The notes beneath the pieces were generated by a model. That model ran no database searches, was not told where the DNA came from, and saw only the letters and a list, made by a program, of their open reading frames with translations. From assembly GCA_963827165.1 (NCBI GenBank), contig CAWGZR010000005.1, positions 32,001 through 96,000 of the forward strand: 64,000 bases of DNA. The letters are read 5' to 3'. Both the position numbers and the translations under genes were made by a program. This document shows, piece after piece, positions 60,590 through 64,000 of this stretch (position 1 is its first letter; each line of letters opens with the position of its first letter). The stretch comes from Candidatus Bathyarchaeota archaeon. Its GTDB lineage: Archaea > Thermoproteota > Bathyarchaeia > Bathyarchaeales > Bathycorpusculaceae.

Positions 60590-62356
60590 GTGAGTGTAAT
60601 TGGTTTGGCAATAGAAAATGATATTGAACTTAGAGAGCTTATTCGGAAAGCTGCGTTGTTGAACGCTGTTTCTCATGATGGGAAAGCTCAAGCAGGAGCT
60701 TTAGTAGGCAAAATTCTTGGCGAAAGAGCGGACCTGCGGTCAAAAGTGAAGGAGCTTTCAGGTTTAATCAACATCGTTGTAAACGAAATCAACATCCTCC
60801 CCTTGGAGGAGCAGAAGGCTATTGTTGAGAAGAATTGGCCCGAAACTCAAAAGAAAGAGAAGCCGGAGGAAAAACATCTCAGCCCCCTGCCAAACGCCGA
60901 CAAGTACAAGCTGATAGTTACCCGTTTCTCTCCGAACCCCGACTGCGTACTTCATTTGGGTTCCGCCAGAGCTATCCTCCTAAGTCATGAATACGCCCGC
61001 ATCTACGGGGGTAAATTTATCCTGCGGTTCGAGGATACAGACCCGAAAGTGAAGAGGCCGTCGCTTATTTTTTATGACAGCATTAGGCAAGATTTGGCGT
61101 GGCTCGGCTGCAAAGTCGACGAGGAATATATCCAAAGCGATCGACTCCCCATCTACTACGAATTCACTGAGAAGCTGATTGGGGGCGGCAACGCCTACGT
61201 CTGCGAATGCCCCGCTGAAGAGTTCCGCAAAAAAACCTTGTTGAAACAACCCTGTCCATGCAGGATCGTACCCGCGAATGAGCAGCTGGAACGATGGAAA
61301 CGCATGCTAAGCGGCGGCTACACCGAGGGGCAAGCGGTGGTGCGGATTAAAACTGACATTGAGCATCCGAATCCAGCAGTCAGAGATTGGCCCGCCCTAA
61401 GGATCATTGATACAAAAAAGTATCCGCATCCGCGGGTCGGCAGCAAGTACATTGTTTGGCCGCTCTACAATTTGGCAGCGGGTTTAGACGACCACCTGAT
61501 GGGCATGACACACATCATTCGAGGTAAAGAACACTATACGAATATGGTTCGTCAAAAATATATGTACGAGTATCTGGGCTGGACTTATCCGGAAGCGATA
61601 CATTACGGCAGACTCAAAATCACAGGCGCTTTTCTAAGTAAATCCAAAATCATTCAAGGAGTTAAAGAAGGAATCTACACAGGTTTTGACGACCCCCGTC
61701 TAGGTACTTTCGCGGCTTTGAGAAAAAGAGGCATAACCTCGGAAGCCATCAAAAAAATGATGATTGACGTGGGAACAAAATCGAACGATGTGACCTTGAG
61801 TTGGGAGAACTTATACTCGTACAACCGCAAAATCCTTGACGCAACAAGCAATCGATACTTCTTCGTTCCTGCGCCTTTTGAGCTAAAAGTCTTGAATTTG
61901 CCGCGGAGTTTTCAGGCTAAGCTGCCTTTACATCCTGAGCATCCGGAACGCGGCTTCAGAGAATATACAGTGACTCCTGAAGGGGAAGGGCAAACCGCAG
62001 AGTTCTGGATTTCGACCAAGGATATCGAGGCGTTGGAGCCAGGCAAAGTTGTGAGGTTGATGGAGCTCTTCAACGTTAAAGTCGAAGCGAAGACTGCAGC
62101 TTTGGTGATGGCATCGTTTGCAAGCGAGTCATATGAAGACGTGAGGAAAATTAAGGCTCAGCTCATCCAATGGATTCCCAAAGACGCGGAGTTTCAGTGC
62201 CAAATCGTAATGCCTGATGCTTCAGTAACCGAAGGGTTTGCTGAAAGCGCCTGCAAAATGTTAAAGCCAGACGCAATCATACAGTTTGAGCGTTTCGGAT
62301 TCACCCGAATCGACCAAGTAAACCAGAAATTAATTGCGTATTACGCTCATAAATAG
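60590..62356 (+). CDS. gltX: Glutamate--tRNA ligase
   Basis: RFSPNP..HLG, RFEDTDP, LSKSK, QFERFGF. Confidence 0.96.
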   Translation: MSVIGLAIENDIELRELIRKAALLNAVSHDGKAQAGALVGKILGERADLRSKVKELSGLINIVVNEINILPLEEQKAIVEKNWPETQKKEKPEEKHLSPLPNADKYKLIVTRFSPNPDCVLHLGSARAILLSHEYARIYGGKFILRFEDTDPKVKRPSLIFYDSIRQDLAWLGCKVDEEYIQSDRLPIYYEFTEKLIGGGNAYVCECPAEEFRKKTLLKQPCPCRIVPANEQLERWKRMLSGGYTEGQAVVRIKTDIEHPNPAVRDWPALRIIDTKKYPHPRVGSKYIVWPLYNLAAGLDDHLMGMTHIIRGKEHYTNMVRQKYMYEYLGWTYPEAIHYGRLKITGAFLSKSKIIQGVKEGIYTGFDDPRLGTFAALRKRGITSEAIKKMMIDVGTKSNDVTLSWENLYSYNRKILDATSNRYFFVPAPFELKVLNLPRSFQAKLPLHPEHPERGFREYTVTPEGEGQTAEFWISTKDIEALEPGKVVRLMELFNVKVEAKTAALVMASFASESYEDVRKIKAQLIQWIPKDAEFQCQIVMPDASVTEGFAESACKMLKPDAIIQFERFGFTRIDQVNQKLIAYYAHK

Positions 62357-62368
62357 AGATGAACTAAC

Positions 62369-62683
62369 ATGAAAAAACTCGATAAAGCAATAATTTGGCC
62401 AATCTACTTCGACGCCACCCGCACCAGAAAGGATGGGCGCCGTGTTCCCAAAAGTTTGGCGGTTCAGTCGCCGAAAATCGATGAGGTAAAGTTGGCTGTT
62501 GATCGGCTTGGCTTGAAGAATGAGATCAGACTCGAGGCGCATTTTCCTAAGAGGCCCTGGGTTAAGACGGGAATGTTGCTGGTTGAAAAGAAAGAGTCAA
62601 AAGAAAAGATAATGCAGAAAATCGCAAAGCAGCTTGTAAGAATAAAGAATGTTCAGGCAAACAACATGCCTAAGAAAGGTTAA
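62369..62683 (+). CDS. srp19: Signal recognition particle protein SRP19
   Basis: IWPIYFDA..TRKDGRRVPKSLAV..P. Confidence 0.93.
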   Translation: MKKLDKAIIWPIYFDATRTRKDGRRVPKSLAVQSPKIDEVKLAVDRLGLKNEIRLEAHFPKRPWVKTGMLLVEKKESKEKIMQKIAKQLVRIKNVQANNMPKKG

Positions 62684-63078
62684 GCTTTTTCTTTGCTTGC
62701 GATAAGCACTGCGTTGATTATGCCGTCGTTTCCTGGGCGACTGGTAACTTTTGCTAAGCCCAAGGCGGTTTCGATTTCCGCGCCTTTAGTTATGACGCCT
62801 CTGCGGTTATAATCGACGTTTGCAGCGTTGCGGACCACACGTGTGATGCCCGTTTTCTGGGTTTTACCCGTTTTAGGGTCGGTTACTGAAGCGAACTTGT
62901 CGCTTAGAACTTTGACTTTGGTATTGCCGCCAAGACCTCGCGTGGTTTTCCTTTTGGGTTCGCCGAGAATTGTTTCAGCTGGGTACCCGCCTGCCTCATA
63001 TTTTTTCTTGACGCGGTAAGCTCTTTTTTTGCCGCCTGAAAGTTTGCGTTTGCGTAAAGTGCCATGCCAAACAGACAT
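62680..63078 (-). CDS. rps8e: 30S ribosomal protein eS8
   Basis: RKLSGGK, RRGVITKGA, VTSRPGNDG. Confidence 0.96.
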   Translation of the reverse strand: MSVWHGTLRKRKLSGGKKRAYRVKKKYEAGGYPAETILGEPKRKTTRGLGGNTKVKVLSDKFASVTDPKTGKTQKTGITRVVRNAANVDYNRRGVITKGAEIETALGLAKVTSRPGNDGIINAVLIASKEKA

Positions 63079-63185
63079 TATTTCACATTTCCTAACGAAT
63101 ATCTAATTCGAGCATTCACTAAAACATTAGATTTCCATATAAACGTATCCGTTTCAAGAGAAGCTAACTCAGTTAGAACGCTCCA

Positions 63186-63788
63186 TTACGGCAGGTCCTT
63201 TTCATCTTTTAGTGACTCACCAAAAATCTTCCGCAGATTTCTTTTCATTTCTGTTATGTCATTGGGCAAGCCGAAGTAGTCGGCGAAGTCAGCAGTGGTT
63301 TTTAATAGCATTGAGCGCCCGCTTTTTTCAGCCATGATCAAGTGGCTCTCCTTCAACTCTTTAATGTGGCCGTAAGCATGTTGCCCCCTGACGTCGATGA
63401 CTCGTTTCTGGCTGATAGGCTGCCTAATTGCAATGTAAGAAAGCGTTTTAAGCGGACCTGAAGAAAGCAATGGACGGTTGACAAGCTTCTGGATTAAGTG
63501 AGTAAATTCTGCTTTGACTTGCAAAACGTAGCGTTCATCTTTCAAAGCTAATATCTCAAGCGCCGTATTTCTTGCCTGATATTCCTTCATTAGAGCATCT
63601 GCGTATTTTTGGGCTTTCTTTTTTGAGCGGCTACCTATGACTTGGCAAAGCTTGTTCAAATCCAATGGGCGCCCTGCGACAAAGAGGGCAGCTTCTATTA
63701 GCACTATGCAGTGGGCTTTTCGCCCTGCATCAAGGGCCTGCTCCTCAACTGAGGTTAGTTCAGCCGGTTGTTCCTTCTGTTTTTCCAA
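63186..63788 (-). CDS. scpB: SMC-Scp complex subunit ScpB
   Basis: IEAALFV, TLSYIAIRQP, TTADFADYFGL. Confidence 0.92.
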   Translation of the reverse strand: MEKQKEQPAELTSVEEQALDAGRKAHCIVLIEAALFVAGRPLDLNKLCQVIGSRSKKKAQKYADALMKEYQARNTALEILALKDERYVLQVKAEFTHLIQKLVNRPLLSSGPLKTLSYIAIRQPISQKRVIDVRGQHAYGHIKELKESHLIMAEKSGRSMLLKTTADFADYFGLPNDITEMKRNLRKIFGESLKDEKDLP

Positions 63789-64000
63789 CGTTTAATTTCC
63801 CCACAGCAATGTATAATTCTTCAGTTTCCTCATTCTGCCACAAACTTACCAAGCCATCCTGAGCTAAAAACAGCAAGTAAATAAAAGTTCTCAATGCCTC
63901 AATCCGTGTCATCCCTTTGGAGAGGGTTGAAAAATCAATTATTCCTGAACCGCCAAGTTTCTCCCGTAAAACAGAATATAAATTCTCAATTTGCACTTCG
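63760..64000 (-). CDS. scpA: ScpA C-terminal wHTH (partial, continues beyond the window)
   Basis: TFIYLLFLAQDGLVSLWQ motif directly upstream of scpB. Confidence 0.8.
   Translation of the reverse strand, partial: EVQIENLYSVLREKLGGSGIIDFSTLSKGMTRIEALRTFIYLLFLAQDGLVSLWQNEETEELYIAVGKLNVGKTEGTTG

Noticed and set aside
1-64000. CRISPR array, cas genes, rRNA, integrase or transposase
   Set aside because: No regularly spaced repeat-spacer array, rRNA-like segment or recombinase/transposase motif was seen

Overview
Archaeal chromosomal window, most likely Bathyarchaeia. This is inferred from the gene content: PQQ-type beta-propeller surface protein, thermosome, Topo VI, aIF5B, Cgi121, TrmY, ScpAB and an Aeropyrum-type mevalonate pathway. 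The left ~13.6 kb is an accessory, integration-hotspot region that ends at tRNA-Pro(TGG). It holds secreted proteins, a plasmid/virus-like wHTH/Zn-finger operon with an origin-like intergenic segment, a 17-bp copy of the tRNA-Pro 3' end, a MITE, a Fic gene bracketed by four copies of TGTAGTCACC, a degenerate tRNA-Val half and a PIN toxin-antitoxin pair. The rest is mostly housekeeping (trxB, thermosome, thiL, trmY, ABCE1, top6BA, aIF5B, eno-rps2-MEMO1-mvk...ipk-fni-GGPPS-gltX, srp19, rps8e, scpBA) with several pseudogenes. The best candidate for an undescribed system is a type IV pilin followed by an operon of a coiled-coil protein, a Roadblock + double-psi-barrel fusion and a second Roadblock protein (25.2-28.0 kb). 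Other highlights: a fluoride riboswitch with a translational expression platform opposite enolase, a tRNA-Thr with non-canonical D/T loops, a 22-aa acidic Trp micropeptide, genes that appear to need non-canonical start codons, and a Zn-ribbon insertion in Top6B. All calls come from reading the sequence and recognising motifs; no database searches were run.
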